DNA from: an uncultured Planctomycetota bacterium
GTDB lineage: Bacteria > Planctomycetota > Planctomycetia > Isosphaerales > Isosphaeraceae
DNA length: 64,000 nucleotides
NCBI GenBank assembly: GCA_963823665.1
Contig: CAWGMQ010000008.1
Span: 896,001-960,000, forward strand
Direction of reading: 5' to 3'
A model generated the notes under the pieces. The model was not told the origin of the DNA and did not search any database. It saw nothing but the letters and a program-made list of their open reading frames with translations. Made by a program: the position numbers and the translations under genes. Shown here piece after piece: positions 38,271-48,867 of the stretch (positions are counted from its first letter, which is position 1; each line of letters opens with the position of its first letter).

Positions 38271-40010
38271 TCACGCTTCAAGCCCGCGCGCTCTGCGTTC
38301 GATCCACCAGAGCCCGGCCTCGCGCGCCAGGCTCTGTGCCTGAGCAAGCAGCGGTACCGCCTGCTCGAAATGACCGTTGTCGATCAGGGAGAGTGCACCG
38401 TCGAGCGCGGTGGCGGCACCGGCTGCGTCCGAACTGATCAGGCTCTGATACACCTCGAGCGCCTCCTCGCCCCGGCCCTGTCTCGCCAGGATCTCGGCGC
38501 GCCACACCTGGAACGCGGCGGCGGTGCCGGCGTCGGCCATTGGTCGCGCCAGCTCGATCGTTCGCAGCGCGGCGCCTGCTTCGCCGCGGCCGATCGCCTG
38601 TCGCACGAGCGCCGAGATAAGTGGCCGCATGTCCACCGAGCGCGAGGGGCCGCTCCCGCGGCGCAGTAGCTCTTCCGCGAACCGCGCCGTTCGAAAATCG
38701 TCCCGCAATCCCGTCGCCGATGACGCCGCCTCGGCGAGTCTCGCATCGTCAAGCGATTCCGGGGCGAGCCCGTCCAGAAGATCGGCCGGCGGCACAGCTC
38801 AGGTCCAGCGGATCAACCGCGCCGGCCAGCGCGCCTTCCAGGCCAAGCCGTCTCCGCAAGCGGTCGAACGGATAGCCCTTGTACAGCGCCCTCGTACTCG
38901 CGCGGCCCCCGAGCTGTTCCCGCAGCTTCACCACCGCGGTGAGCTTGGCCCGCGCGATGGCATCACCATCCTCGGCTGCCATCGATGCCGCAAGCGGCGA
39001 GCGATTGTCCAGTCCCTTTCGCTCGCGATGGATCCATTCGTTCTCGAAATAGTGCTCGATCGCGTCGCGCGCCAGCTCCTCGCTCGCGGTCGGATCGAGG
39101 TCCGCCGGCAGCCGGAAAATCCAGACATCGGCATCGAGAAACGGTAAGGGAAGCGGCGCGGCCTCGCGGCGAATCGCCTTCGGGCCCCCGTCGAGCCTCG
39201 TGAACAGCGCGTCTGCAATCCGGTCCAGGTTCGCCGGTCTCGGGCTCGACAGCCGCAGGGAATTCCGGCCGATGAATACGCTCGCCAGCACGATCGGCAG
39301 CCGCCATCCGCTCAGTTGCTCCGGCACGGCATTCCCCAGCGGTTGATCGAGCCATTCAAATACCTCGATCTCACGTTCCTCGCCCGGCGCGGCTCCGGGT
39401 ACCTCGGGCTTTCGCACCTGCCGGATCTCGGGGAATTCGCGGAGCAGGATCGCGGTGTCATCCCCGTTCCAGCCGATCGTGCAATTGAACCGCAGATCGT
39501 CAGCCAGCGCCTCGGCCCCGCCCCCCTGGCGCAGGATCTCCGCAAGCGTCCAGGCCGCGACCGCGTCTTCGAAATGCGGTCTCGGCATCGAGCGCGACCG
39601 CGCGGTCCAGACACGCAATTGCCTCGACGTTCCTGCCCGCCCACGCCAGGCATAGCCCTCGGTTGTAATGGGCCGATGAATCACCAGGCTCCTCGCCCGC
39701 CAGGTCGGCAAACGCGGCGGCCGTCGCCTCGAGCTGCTCCAGCTCGCCGCGACGCAGCCGTTCGTCCCATTCCGCGCGCCGCGCCGGGTCTCTCGGCTCC
39801 CGGAAGCGATAAACCGTCCGGGCCGAAAGCGGTAATTCCTTGGCCGATTCGAGCGTTAACAGCGCCTGCGCGGCCGCCGATGAATCGGGATCGACACGGA
39901 AGCGCGCGCTGCCACGATGCCCACGCCGCCAGCGGACGCTGGCTTCTCACGTGGTTCCATCCCTCGCGCACCAATAAGGTCGACGACTCCTCTCCCTGTT
40001 CTGATTCCAA
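38271..40010 (-). CDS. TPR-containing hypothetical protein; three frameshifts (~39900, ~39575, ~38790)
   Basis: Stitching frames gives ...REGWNHVRSQRPLAAWASWQRAL-RVDPDS...HYNRGLCLAWAGRNVEAIACLDRAV..., then ORFs 38749-39711 and 38271-38795. Start approximate. Confidence 0.65.
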
Positions 40011-40291
40011 ACCAACCCGCCTCCGCGAAGTTTGCTGTCCGTGCGTCCGTGAGCTTACCCGGCTCCTGCCGGCACGCCAGTATCCCAATATACCCCGCGC
40101 ATGTAATCCCGTCGCAACCCTCGAATCCCTCCGGGATCCTCGACCCGGCACTCGGGCCTTGGTCCCGCCGAGCGCTCTCCTCCGCTTGACAGTAGGGCAC
40201 AAACGGGCCATCGTACCCTCAGGGACTTTTAATGCCTCACACGTGCCGCGGCAAAACCTCGCAACGGGTTGTCGGAGGAGGCGCGGAAAGT

Positions 40292-41638
40292 ATGGACACC
40301 AGATTCACTCCGCTGGCATTCTCGCTTCTGATCCTCGCAAACAGCCAGATATCCCGGGCACAGGCCGTCGCCCCGCGCGATCAGGTGCCAGAAAAGAGGG
40401 CCGCCGCCCGCGAGGCCTTCCAGGACGACCGATTCGGCCTTAGCATCCACTGGGGCGTTTATTCGCTCGTGGGCAAGGGCGAATGGGTGATGGAACACGA
40501 CAAGCTGCCGATCCCCGAATACGACAAGCTTCCCCCCCGGTTCAATCCCACCCGGTTCGACGCCGACGCCTGGGTGAAACTGGCGAAGTCCTCGGGCGCG
40601 AAATACATCACGATCACCGCCAAGCACCACGACGGCTTCTGCATGTTCGATAGCCAGCTCACCGACTTCGACATCGTCGACAAAAGCCCTTTTCACGCAG
40701 ACCCGCTCAAGGCCCTGGCCGGCTCCTGCCATGAACAGAAGATCAAACTTTTTTTCTATTATTCCTTGCTCGACTGGCACCACCCGGATTTCTTCCCGCT
40801 CGGCAAAACCGGCAAGGCCTCCGGCCGGCAAAGCCAGGGCCAGTGGAAACGCTACGTGGCCTACTACCAGGGCCAGATCCGGGAGCTCTGCACCAACTAC
40901 GGCGAGATCGGCGGAATCTGGCTCGACGGCTGCTGGGACCGCTTCGGCGCCGAGTGGGACCTGGGTAGCACCTACCGCATGATCCACGAGCTCCAGCCCG
41001 GCGCCCTGGTCGGAAACAACCGTCACGGCGCACCTTTGCCGGGCGAGGATTTTCAGATAGTCGAACTCGATCCTACCACCCCAAACGCCGCCGGCTCTGC
41101 CGCGGTCAAGACCACCGCCGGCTTACCGCTCGAAACCTGCATGACCATCAACCGTTCATCCGGCTACGATTCGCGAGATAAGGAGTACAAGAGCGCGCCA
41201 GAGATCATTCACGCCCTGGTCTCCTCCGCCGGCCGGGGCGCGAACTTGCTCCTCTCCATCGGTCCACGGCCGGATGGCCTGTTCGAGCATGAAGTCCTCG
41301 AGCGCCTCCAGGAAGTCGGAGCCTGGCTCAAAACCCACGGCGAAACGGTCTACGGCACGCGCCGCGGCCCGATTGAAGCTCAATCGTGGGGAGTGTCCAC
41401 CACCAGCGGTGCCCGCGCCGATCAGAAAATCTATTTACATATCCTGAATCCACAAACAAAGCAGCCGATCGCCTTCGACCCAGGCATCGCATGGACTCCC
41501 TTTCTCTTCGGCAAGACCACGCCTCTCAAACTGACTCGGAAGTCCGGATTGCTCGAGCTCGAGCTGCCCCAAGACGCGATAACGCCTGTCGATACGATCG
41601 TTGTGCTTCTTCCGGAGTCAAAGCATCGTGCCCGATGA
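40292..41638 (+). CDS. Alpha-L-fucosidase (GH29)
   Basis: RFGLSIHWGVYS, FNPTRFDADAW, AKHHDGFCMFDS, YYSLLDWHHP, IWLDG, LETCMTIN. Confidence 0.93.
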   Translation: MDTRFTPLAFSLLILANSQISRAQAVAPRDQVPEKRAAAREAFQDDRFGLSIHWGVYSLVGKGEWVMEHDKLPIPEYDKLPPRFNPTRFDADAWVKLAKSSGAKYITITAKHHDGFCMFDSQLTDFDIVDKSPFHADPLKALAGSCHEQKIKLFFYYSLLDWHHPDFFPLGKTGKASGRQSQGQWKRYVAYYQGQIRELCTNYGEIGGIWLDGCWDRFGAEWDLGSTYRMIHELQPGALVGNNRHGAPLPGEDFQIVELDPTTPNAAGSAAVKTTAGLPLETCMTINRSSGYDSRDKEYKSAPEIIHALVSSAGRGANLLLSIGPRPDGLFEHEVLERLQEVGAWLKTHGETVYGTRRGPIEAQSWGVSTTSGARADQKIYLHILNPQTKQPIAFDPGIAWTPFLFGKTTPLKLTRKSGLLELELPQDAITPVDTIVVLLPESKHRAR

Positions 41639-42260
41639 TCGAACGACTGACGCAGAACCGGCTGCTGCCCCGCACCGCGCGAAGCTCGATCGCGTCAGTG
41701 CAGCCATGGCGGCCGTCACGGTCCTCGCCCTGATCGCGTTCCTCTGGTTCCGCTACGGCTCCTCCACCCGAAGCAAGTCGCTCGCCGTCGGCGATCCCGC
41801 GCCCTCGTTGCGCTTGATCGACCTCGACTCCTCCGAGCCCCCGCTGGTCCTGGGTCTGAAGGGAAAGGTCGTCTGGATCGTCTTCTGGTCGTCCGACGCA
41901 GCCGATGCGCCACAGTCCCTCGCAGCAATTGCCCGCGCCTCGAGCACGATCAGGGCTCACCGCAAGTTCAGCATGTTCGCCGCCGCCGTCGGCGCTAGGG
42001 AGCCTGATCGCGTGCGGGCAGCCGCTGCCGAAAGCGGCGGCGAGCTGCCGGTCTACCTGGCCAGCGCGGAGAGCATCCGCCGCTTCGGCGCCGAGCAAGC
42101 CGACCCGCCGCTCCACGTGATGATCGACGAGAACGGCCAGGTCATCGCGCTTGCGCGAGGCGCCGGCTCAAGCACACTCGATCGCCTCGCCGATCAGGCA
42201 AAGCGCCGCCTGGACGAGCTCGAGCCGCATGGCACCACTCGCTTCGCGTTTCGAGACTAA
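41628..42260 (+). CDS. Membrane-anchored TlpA/redoxin-fold protein lacking CxxC
   Basis: TM segment; VGDPAPSLRL.DL, LKGKVVWIVFWSS, P..VMIDENGQV. Confidence 0.7.
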   Translation: MPDDRTTDAEPAAAPHRAKLDRVSAAMAAVTVLALIAFLWFRYGSSTRSKSLAVGDPAPSLRLIDLDSSEPPLVLGLKGKVVWIVFWSSDAADAPQSLAAIARASSTIRAHRKFSMFAAAVGAREPDRVRAAAAESGGELPVYLASAESIRRFGAEQADPPLHVMIDENGQVIALARGAGSSTLDRLADQAKRRLDELEPHGTTRFAFRD

Positions 42261-42268
42261 CGTGCACG

Positions 42269-43036
42269 TCACTCCCGCGCATGCTGAAGCCAGATGCCGC
42301 CGTCAACGCGAAGAATGCCCCCCGTGACGTAATCCGCATCGCTCGAGGCCAGAAACGCGGCCGCCTTGCCAATATCTTCGGCCGTTCCCAGCCGGCCCCA
42401 GGGCAGGGCGGCTCCCGCCCGGGCAAGGGCCTCTTCACTGAACGCTTCGTGCTCGCCGGGCGTGTCGATCCAGCCCGGCTCGATCACGTTCACGTTGATG
42501 CGGTGCGGCGTCAGCTCGCCGGCGATCGTCATGGCCATCAGGTTCAGCCCCCCCTTGGCCGAGTTGTAAGCGACGCTGCGCGCATAAGGCGTGTGCACAT
42601 GACAGCTCGAGATGAACACGATCTTCCCGCCTCCACCACGCTCGACCATCTGCCGCGCCACAAGCTGGCTCATGTGAAAGCCGCCGATCAGCGTCCCGTT
42701 GATGACCTTGGTGAATGTCTCCGCGTCGTAATTGAGGAATTCCTCGCGACGCTGAAATGCCGGGTTGCTGATCAAGATGTCGATGCGGCCGAGTGCATCC
42801 TTCGCACGCTCGACCACGCTTTCACACGCCCGCCGCTCGAAAACGTCTCCTTCCACAAGTGCGCGACGCCGGCCGAGCGCCGTGATCTCAGCAACGACCG
42901 CGAGAGCCTGCGGGGTGCGCTCGCGGTCATTGACCACAACGTCGGCACCGGCTCGTGCCAGCTCGATCGCACATCCCCTCCCGATGCCTCGCGCCGCGCC
43001 AGTCACGAGCGCCGTTTTTCCCAGGAGCTTCAGCAT
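42269..43036 (-). CDS. SDR-family oxidoreductase
   Basis: TGAARGIG, YNSAK, INVNVIEPGWIDT; GAGGAG RBS before ATG 43036. Confidence 0.92.
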   Translation of the reverse strand: MLKLLGKTALVTGAARGIGRGCAIELARAGADVVVNDRERTPQALAVVAEITALGRRRALVEGDVFERRACESVVERAKDALGRIDILISNPAFQRREEFLNYDAETFTKVINGTLIGGFHMSQLVARQMVERGGGGKIVFISSCHVHTPYARSVAYNSAKGGLNLMAMTIAGELTPHRINVNVIEPGWIDTPGEHEAFSEEALARAGAALPWGRLGTAEDIGKAAAFLASSDADYVTGGILRVDGGIWLQHARE

Positions 43037-43039
43037 GCT

Positions 43040-43488
43040 CCTCGAAGCGAGCGACTCTCTCCAAGCAAGGTCGAATGTGCACGCGTCCACCTCGTAGATC
43101 CGTCTCGTGACTAGCTCGTCAAGAAGCGGATGCGGACCCAGCGGCGGCGCCAGGTGAAACTCGGTGCCGGCATGGCGGGCTTGCAGCTCGTCGCGCGCGG
43201 CGGTCAGATCGCGCTCGATGTGCACGCCGGCCGAAAGAAAATAGGGGATCATCAGCACCCGCCGCGCCCGCGCGCGACACAGCGATAACCACCGGAGGGC
43301 AAGTCGGGCTGGGCCAGCTCCAGGAAACTCCCCTCGACAATCGGGTAATCTCCCCGCGCCGCGATCCGCTTCACCAGTTCCACCAGGTCTTGGTTCGCAC
43401 TCTCCTGGCGGCTGCCGTGAGCAATCAGCAGGATGGCAGTCGCTTCCCCAGGCAAGCTCTCAGCCCGGCCATTCTCTTGCTCGTTCAT
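43040..43488 (-). CDS. CbiX/SirB-type sirohydrochlorin chelatase domain; frameshift near 43270, 3' end uncertain
   Basis: LLIAHGSR...SFLELAQP, then in the next frame PYFLSAGVH..RDL...PLGPHPLL. Confidence 0.82.
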
Positions 43489-43575
43489 GCTCAATCCGGC
43501 CCCAACGCCACGTGCTCGATAGCAACTGGACTTTCAATGCGGTGCAACCGCCCCCTGAAACCCCAGGATAGCCGA

Positions 43576-46038
43576 TCAATCTCCGATCCGGCGAGACGAG
43601 GCCAGAAGCTGCTGGAGTACCTCATCCTTGGGCGGCTCGCACATGCGGGGCAAATCGATCCGCACACCGTGACTCGCATGACGCAAGAGCGGGCTCTCCG
43701 GAAATCGCACGGACACCTCGGGATTGCCGGGCCGGAAGCCATGTTCGAGCGCACGTTTCTGAATCGGCTCACTCATGAGAAACTTGAGAAACGCGGCCGC
43801 CGCCGTGCGCTGCCGCGAATCGCTCCAGGGGACGTCGAGAATGTAGAAGGGATGCTCATTCCAGATATTCGGCTCGGGATAGTCGACAAATAGCTCGCCC
43901 CAGCGGTCTTTGGCGGAATCCAGGTAATCAATCGCGAGGTTTTCATAAATTAGCAGGCAATCATACTGCGAGGGTCCGCGAAGCACCATCTCGCGCATCA
44001 GGGTGCCGGTGCTGTGGGTGAGCGAGCCCCCGGGTCGTGCCACGCCGCGCTCGAAACGTTCCATCCAGGCCTGAAAATCACCCTGCCCGACATCCGAGCT
44101 GCTCAGGCCGTGTTCCTTGTGAGTGAACTCGTAAGCCATGAGAACCAGTGCCAGCAACCCGCTGTTGGATCGACCCGGATGGGTGTGGCCGAACTTGAAT
44201 CGCCCCCATTCCGGATGGCCGGCGATCGCACCCCAACCCTCAGGTTCCCTCATCGCATCCGATATTGTTTGAAAATTAACCTTGGCATATTTTGTAAGAA
44301 GAGCCTTGCGGCGCGTTTCCCACATCACGAGCACCATCGGGGTGAGCGCCAGGTTCTCGCTCTTCAAGATTGGCGAGTTGCTGATGTTCCGGGCGCGCCA
44401 TTGCCGTTCGAAGTGGTCGCGGTAGGCGCTGCTGGCCGGCGACCAGACGTGGATCGGAGTCGACGCACTGTCCTCCAGCACGGCTCTAGCGCCTTCCATC
44501 GAGCCCATGCCCAGGAGGTTGATCGTGATCAGGCGGCCGGCCGGCGTGTTGCGAAACTCGGCAGTTGCCGCCTCCAGCCATTGCTGTTTTTCTGTGCCGT
44601 ACGCGATGTTGATCTCGACGGGCTCGACTTGCGGTGTGATCGCCGGCGATTGATTGGCCGCCTCGTTCGACAGGATCGCTCGATCCTGGCCGATCGGCGT
44701 GCTCGGGGCTAGCGGCGCGACGTGTTTCCCCAGCCCACGGCCCAGCATGATCCAGAGGACGACGGCGGAGCCAAGGACGCTCGCCGCGGCGATCGCCGAT
44801 TTCCTGCCCAGTGGCAGCCGAGCGCCGTGCCGATTCGCCCTGGTGGCCGGAAGGGGCTGGGCAAGGGAGGTGGCGGCTGAGGAGTCGACGTCTGCCTCGC
44901 CGTCGGGAGCGTGCAGAACAATCGCCGTCGACGATTCGTTTGATGAGCTTGCCCGTTCCACCAGCTTCAGTTGCAGGGTACTCGCAGAGAGTAGCGTGAC
45001 TTGCGATGTGGCCTGACATCGCACGCACTGAACTCGCCCACCCGCGTGCTCGCGCCCCACCGGCATCGGTGCCTGGCACGCCGGGCACGGCACGCGGCCC
45101 GGCTGGCCTCGTGACGTGGACCCAGCTCGAACACGATCAATTTCCGCAGAATCCGCCGAGGGAAGCGCGGCGATCAGCTCCTGCGCCAGCTCGACGCAGC
45201 TTGCGAATCGTTCCGCCGGATTCTTGGCAAGTCCGCGCAGGATTGCATCCGAAGCTCGCCTCGGGATTCCCGGAATCACGTCCTCAAGCGCGGGGGGAAC
45301 GACCATCGTCTGGTTGACCACCGTCGCCGATGGTGTCGGCCCTTCCATGCAGTTCGTGCCGGTAAGCGTTTCATGAACGGTCATCGCCAGAGAATACTGG
45401 TCGGCGCGCCCATCAAACTGGCGGCCCATCACGATTTCCGGGGCCACGTAATTGGGCGTCCCGACCAGAAAGCCCGGCGCGGTCAGAGAGTTGCTCTGGC
45501 CCACGGCTTCCTCGTTCGCCAGGGCCTTGATGATGCCAAAGTCACCCAGGAACGCGTTGCCGTGTCGATCGAACAGGATGTTCGCCGGCTTGACATCACG
45601 GTGAACGTGACTTTGTGCGTGCAAGAAATCGATCGCCTTGGCGATTTCCAGCAGCCAGCCCCGAAGCGACTGCGGCGACATCGGAGCCGCCCGCCCGCCC
45701 GGGCCGCCGCCGATCCGGTCTTTGAGACTTCCGCCGGCGAGGTACTCCATCACCACAAACGGATGGCCGCGCACCTCGCCCGCATCCAGCACCTTGACAA
45801 TGTGGGGATGGCTGAGCCGGATCAGCGAACGTACCTCGCGCTCGAAGCGGCCCGAAAACTCGGCGCCAGCAGGCGCCGTCTCATTCGCAATCGGAAACTT
45901 GACCACCACTTCGGTTTCAAGCCGGCAATCCGAGGCGAGATAAACCCGCCCCATGCTTCCCTGACCGATCCGGTCGACGATTCGATACCGTCCCTCAGCA
46001 ATCTCCAGTCCAATCCAGTCGTCGCTATTGGGTGTCAC
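43576..46038 (-). CDS. Ser/Thr kinase - Zn ribbon - TM - extracytoplasmic substrate-binding domain fusion
   Basis: IGQGSMGRV, HRDVKPAN, DFG, GTPNYVAPE; CPAC...CVRC; TM; YGTEKQQW, GSMEG, VWSPASS, KFGHTHP..SNSG, HSTG, YENL. Confidence 0.88.
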   Translation of the reverse strand: MTPNSDDWIGLEIAEGRYRIVDRIGQGSMGRVYLASDCRLETEVVVKFPIANETAPAGAEFSGRFEREVRSLIRLSHPHIVKVLDAGEVRGHPFVVMEYLAGGSLKDRIGGGPGGRAAPMSPQSLRGWLLEIAKAIDFLHAQSHVHRDVKPANILFDRHGNAFLGDFGIIKALANEEAVGQSNSLTAPGFLVGTPNYVAPEIVMGRQFDGRADQYSLAMTVHETLTGTNCMEGPTPSATVVNQTMVVPPALEDVIPGIPRRASDAILRGLAKNPAERFASCVELAQELIAALPSADSAEIDRVRAGSTSRGQPGRVPCPACQAPMPVGREHAGGRVQCVRCQATSQVTLLSASTLQLKLVERASSSNESSTAIVLHAPDGEADVDSSAATSLAQPLPATRANRHGARLPLGRKSAIAAASVLGSAVVLWIMLGRGLGKHVAPLAPSTPIGQDRAILSNEAANQSPAITPQVEPVEINIAYGTEKQQWLEAATAEFRNTPAGRLITINLLGMGSMEGARAVLEDSASTPIHVWSPASSAYRDHFERQWRARNISNSPILKSENLALTPMVLVMWETRRKALLTKYAKVNFQTISDAMREPEGWGAIAGHPEWGRFKFGHTHPGRSNSGLLALVLMAYEFTHKEHGLSSSDVGQGDFQAWMERFERGVARPGGSLTHSTGTLMREMVLRGPSQYDCLLIYENLAIDYLDSAKDRWGELFVDYPEPNIWNEHPFYILDVPWSDSRQRTAAAAFLKFLMSEPIQKRALEHGFRPGNPEVSVRFPESPLLRHASHGVRIDLPRMCEPPKDEVLQQLLASSRRIGD

Positions 46039-46177
46039 GGAACCGACCTTTGGCCGGATGGCGAGAACGTCTTGGAGGCAAAGCCCATTTCCTCAATTGC
46101 AATCGACCTCGATGGAGAAACCGTGAAGGAACCGCGAAGAACAGATTCAGACTGGAGTTTCCTACCATCCGCCCACC

Positions 46178-48733
46178 TTAGTGCCTCGGAATCACAAACG
46201 CCGCCCGCACGGGTGGCGGCATGATCGCATCTGCGCCCTTGACGGCTTTCCAGATGATCTCATTGAAGAGCAGGTCGTCAGCACGGTCCTCCACCTCCAG
46301 GTCGAGCCTCGCCGAGACCTCGGCCATCGGCGCGGTTCGCGTATTTTTCGCCTTGATGTCGACCTTGGCCGGCCGGTGAACGTAGGGAGTGAAGTCGGCC
46401 GTGGTCGCGAATGAAGCGTACATCGGCCGCGCCGCCGCGTCGAACTGCGACATCGGCTCGAGCCCCAGGATCAGCTCCATCGTGCGCAGCATCGACGCCG
46501 TGCTGTACAGCGTCGAATCGACCGTATGCCGCTTGATGTACGGGCTGATGGCCAGGGCGACCGTCCGGTGCGCATCGACGTGGTCCGATCCGTTTTGCGC
46601 GTCGTCTTCAACCACGAAGATCGCCATCTGCTTCCAGAAACGGCTTTTCGACAGGCCCTCGACAAGCTGCCCGAGCGCCAGGTCGTTGTCGCCCACGCAT
46701 GCCGTGACCGTCCACCGGCCCGGTGAAGTGCCCGAAGTATGGTCGTTCGGCAGTCGGATGACCGAGAGCTGGGGCATCTCGCCGGCCTTCTCGAATCCCG
46801 CCAGCTCCTCGAGGAAGCGCTCGGTACGCTTCACATCAGGATAGTCCATGTCGAAACCGCGAAACATCGGGTCAAAGTGGCCCTCGAGCGCTTTGACTTT
46901 TGCCGTCCCGGGGTCGCGCGCAGTCCGGCCATTCTCCACCCACTCGCCGTAGCTGCGGTAGCTCACTCCTTTGGCGGCCGCCTTGTCCCACAAGTATCCC
47001 CCGGCCGGCCGCGCGGCCTCGTCGTGAGCACCTTCCGCCGGATAAGGAACGCGGCGATCGCCCCGGTAGCCCAGCGGCCACAGCCGCTCCACGAAGTCGG
47101 TCGCATAAGCGCCCATCGTCCATTCGTGTCCGTCGGCGCTGACCTCGCTCTCGACGTAGAAGTTGTCCAGCAGCACGAATTCCTTCGCCAGAGCATGGTG
47201 GTTGGGCGTGGTCGACTCGGGAAACAGGCAGAGGTTCGCTTCGCCGTTGCCCTGTTTCATATCGCCGAAGACTTGATCATAAGTCCGGTTTTCCTTGATG
47301 ATGTAAACCACGTATCGAATCGGCGACGGCGCTCCCACTTTCGCCGGAATCGGGTGCCCTTGCGCCGGGGCTGCGCCCGTAACCGACGTCGGGTCTCCTT
47401 GCTTGAGCGGGCTGCATTCATACACCGTCTGTGAATACGCAGCCATCTGCCTGGCCGCTGGCATGGGGATGAGCGAGAGCGTCCCCTGGAACAGCCCGCC
47501 GATGTACTCCTGCATCGGGTTGCGCCCGCCGGCAAATCCCGGCCGAGGGCCGTCGCGATTGGCCCGCGAGCTTCCTCCCTTGCCGTTGGCCACGAAGATC
47601 GACTTCCCGTCTCCCGACAGCCGGACCGAGGTGGGGTGCCACCCCGTCGGGATGAAGCCCAGCGGCGCGCTCCCGCCCGGGTCCTTTACATTCACGACCG
47701 CCAGGTTGTTGGTATTGGCGTTGGATACCAGCAGCAGTGACTCGTCCGGCGAGAGCGCCAGCGAGCTGGGCGTGCTTCCCGGCGGGGCCTTGGGGTCGAT
47801 CGCCGTGCCGATTGTCTCGATCGCCTTCCCGCCCTCGGTGTCGATCACGGTCACCGTGTTGCGATTCGCGTTGGCCACGAACAGGATCTTCCCCCCGTGC
47901 GCCAGAAGCATTTCGTTGGGATGCTCCTGGGCTGCCCACTGAGTGTGTAACGCGAACGCCTGCGTATCCACCACGGCGACCCTGGCCTTGCTCCAGAGGC
48001 TCACATACAAGCGGTTGTGGTTCTCGTCGAGCGCGAGTCCATAGGGATAACTCCCCGCATCGAGCGCGATTTCATCGCGAAACGCGCCCGACTCGGCATC
48101 GAACCGCCCCACCGAGTGTCCGAACGCCGCCGCCACGTACAGCGTCTTGCCGTCCTTCGAAAGCGCCAGGCCCGCCGGCACATGGCGGTTCTCGCCCGCG
48201 GTTCTCGAATAGCTCAGTATGTTCTTCCTCGAAAGCAGCCCCTCCGCCTGTTCAAACCGGTAGATCTTGTCGTCAAACCCGCCGCCAACGAAGAGCTGCT
48301 TGCCGTCGTGCGACCAGACGAGTCCGCTGAAGCTCGACGGAAATGAGACCCGGCCAATGATCTTGCCAGTCGTCGCGCTCGCGGTCACGACCTCGTGCTC
48401 GCCATAGCCGGCGTGCAGAATTGCCAGGATCGGTTCCGAAGGATGCACCGCGATCTGCACCGGCAGATCCCCCAGGCGCACTTGTCGTCCAGCCGGTTTG
48501 AGCGACCAGCCGTTCGGAAGAACAACCGTTCCCGCTCGCGTCATGCCCGGCCAGACGATCTTCTCTTTCGCGGTCAGCCCGCTCGCGCCCTGTTCTTCCC
48601 CTTCGGTTGCATGGTCGGCAGCCTTGGTGCGCGGCTGCTGGGCCTCTGGCTCAGACTTCGGCTTCTCCTGGGCCCGTGCCGGGCTGAGACTGGCGACGGC
48701 AACCAAAAATGCGATCGGAAAGAGACGCGGCAT
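46178..48733 (-). CDS. Exported YncE-type beta-propeller / alkaline-phosphatase-like (phosphoesterase) protein
   Basis: LPNGWSLKPAG, propeller repeats, YIIKENRTYDQVFGD, SADGHEW, EDDAQNGSDHVDAHR. Confidence 0.9.
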   Translation of the reverse strand: MPRLFPIAFLVAVASLSPARAQEKPKSEPEAQQPRTKAADHATEGEEQGASGLTAKEKIVWPGMTRAGTVVLPNGWSLKPAGRQVRLGDLPVQIAVHPSEPILAILHAGYGEHEVVTASATTGKIIGRVSFPSSFSGLVWSHDGKQLFVGGGFDDKIYRFEQAEGLLSRKNILSYSRTAGENRHVPAGLALSKDGKTLYVAAAFGHSVGRFDAESGAFRDEIALDAGSYPYGLALDENHNRLYVSLWSKARVAVVDTQAFALHTQWAAQEHPNEMLLAHGGKILFVANANRNTVTVIDTEGGKAIETIGTAIDPKAPPGSTPSSLALSPDESLLLVSNANTNNLAVVNVKDPGGSAPLGFIPTGWHPTSVRLSGDGKSIFVANGKGGSSRANRDGPRPGFAGGRNPMQEYIGGLFQGTLSLIPMPAARQMAAYSQTVYECSPLKQGDPTSVTGAAPAQGHPIPAKVGAPSPIRYVVYIIKENRTYDQVFGDMKQGNGEANLCLFPESTTPNHHALAKEFVLLDNFYVESEVSADGHEWTMGAYATDFVERLWPLGYRGDRRVPYPAEGAHDEAARPAGGYLWDKAAAKGVSYRSYGEWVENGRTARDPGTAKVKALEGHFDPMFRGFDMDYPDVKRTERFLEELAGFEKAGEMPQLSVIRLPNDHTSGTSPGRWTVTACVGDNDLALGQLVEGLSKSRFWKQMAIFVVEDDAQNGSDHVDAHRTVALAISPYIKRHTVDSTLYSTASMLRTMELILGLEPMSQFDAAARPMYASFATTADFTPYVHRPAKVDIKAKNTRTAPMAEVSARLDLEVEDRADDLLFNEIIWKAVKGADAIMPPPVRAAFVIPRH

Positions 48734-48867
48734 GAATCGGTCCTCTCGCTCAACTGAATGAGATCCCCGGCGCGTGCGTTCTGCGCACTGACTCACCAGA
48801 GTAACGGGATGGTTTCGCCGAAGCCACCCCCGAGACGGACGTTCATGGATACTTCAAGAACGGTCCA

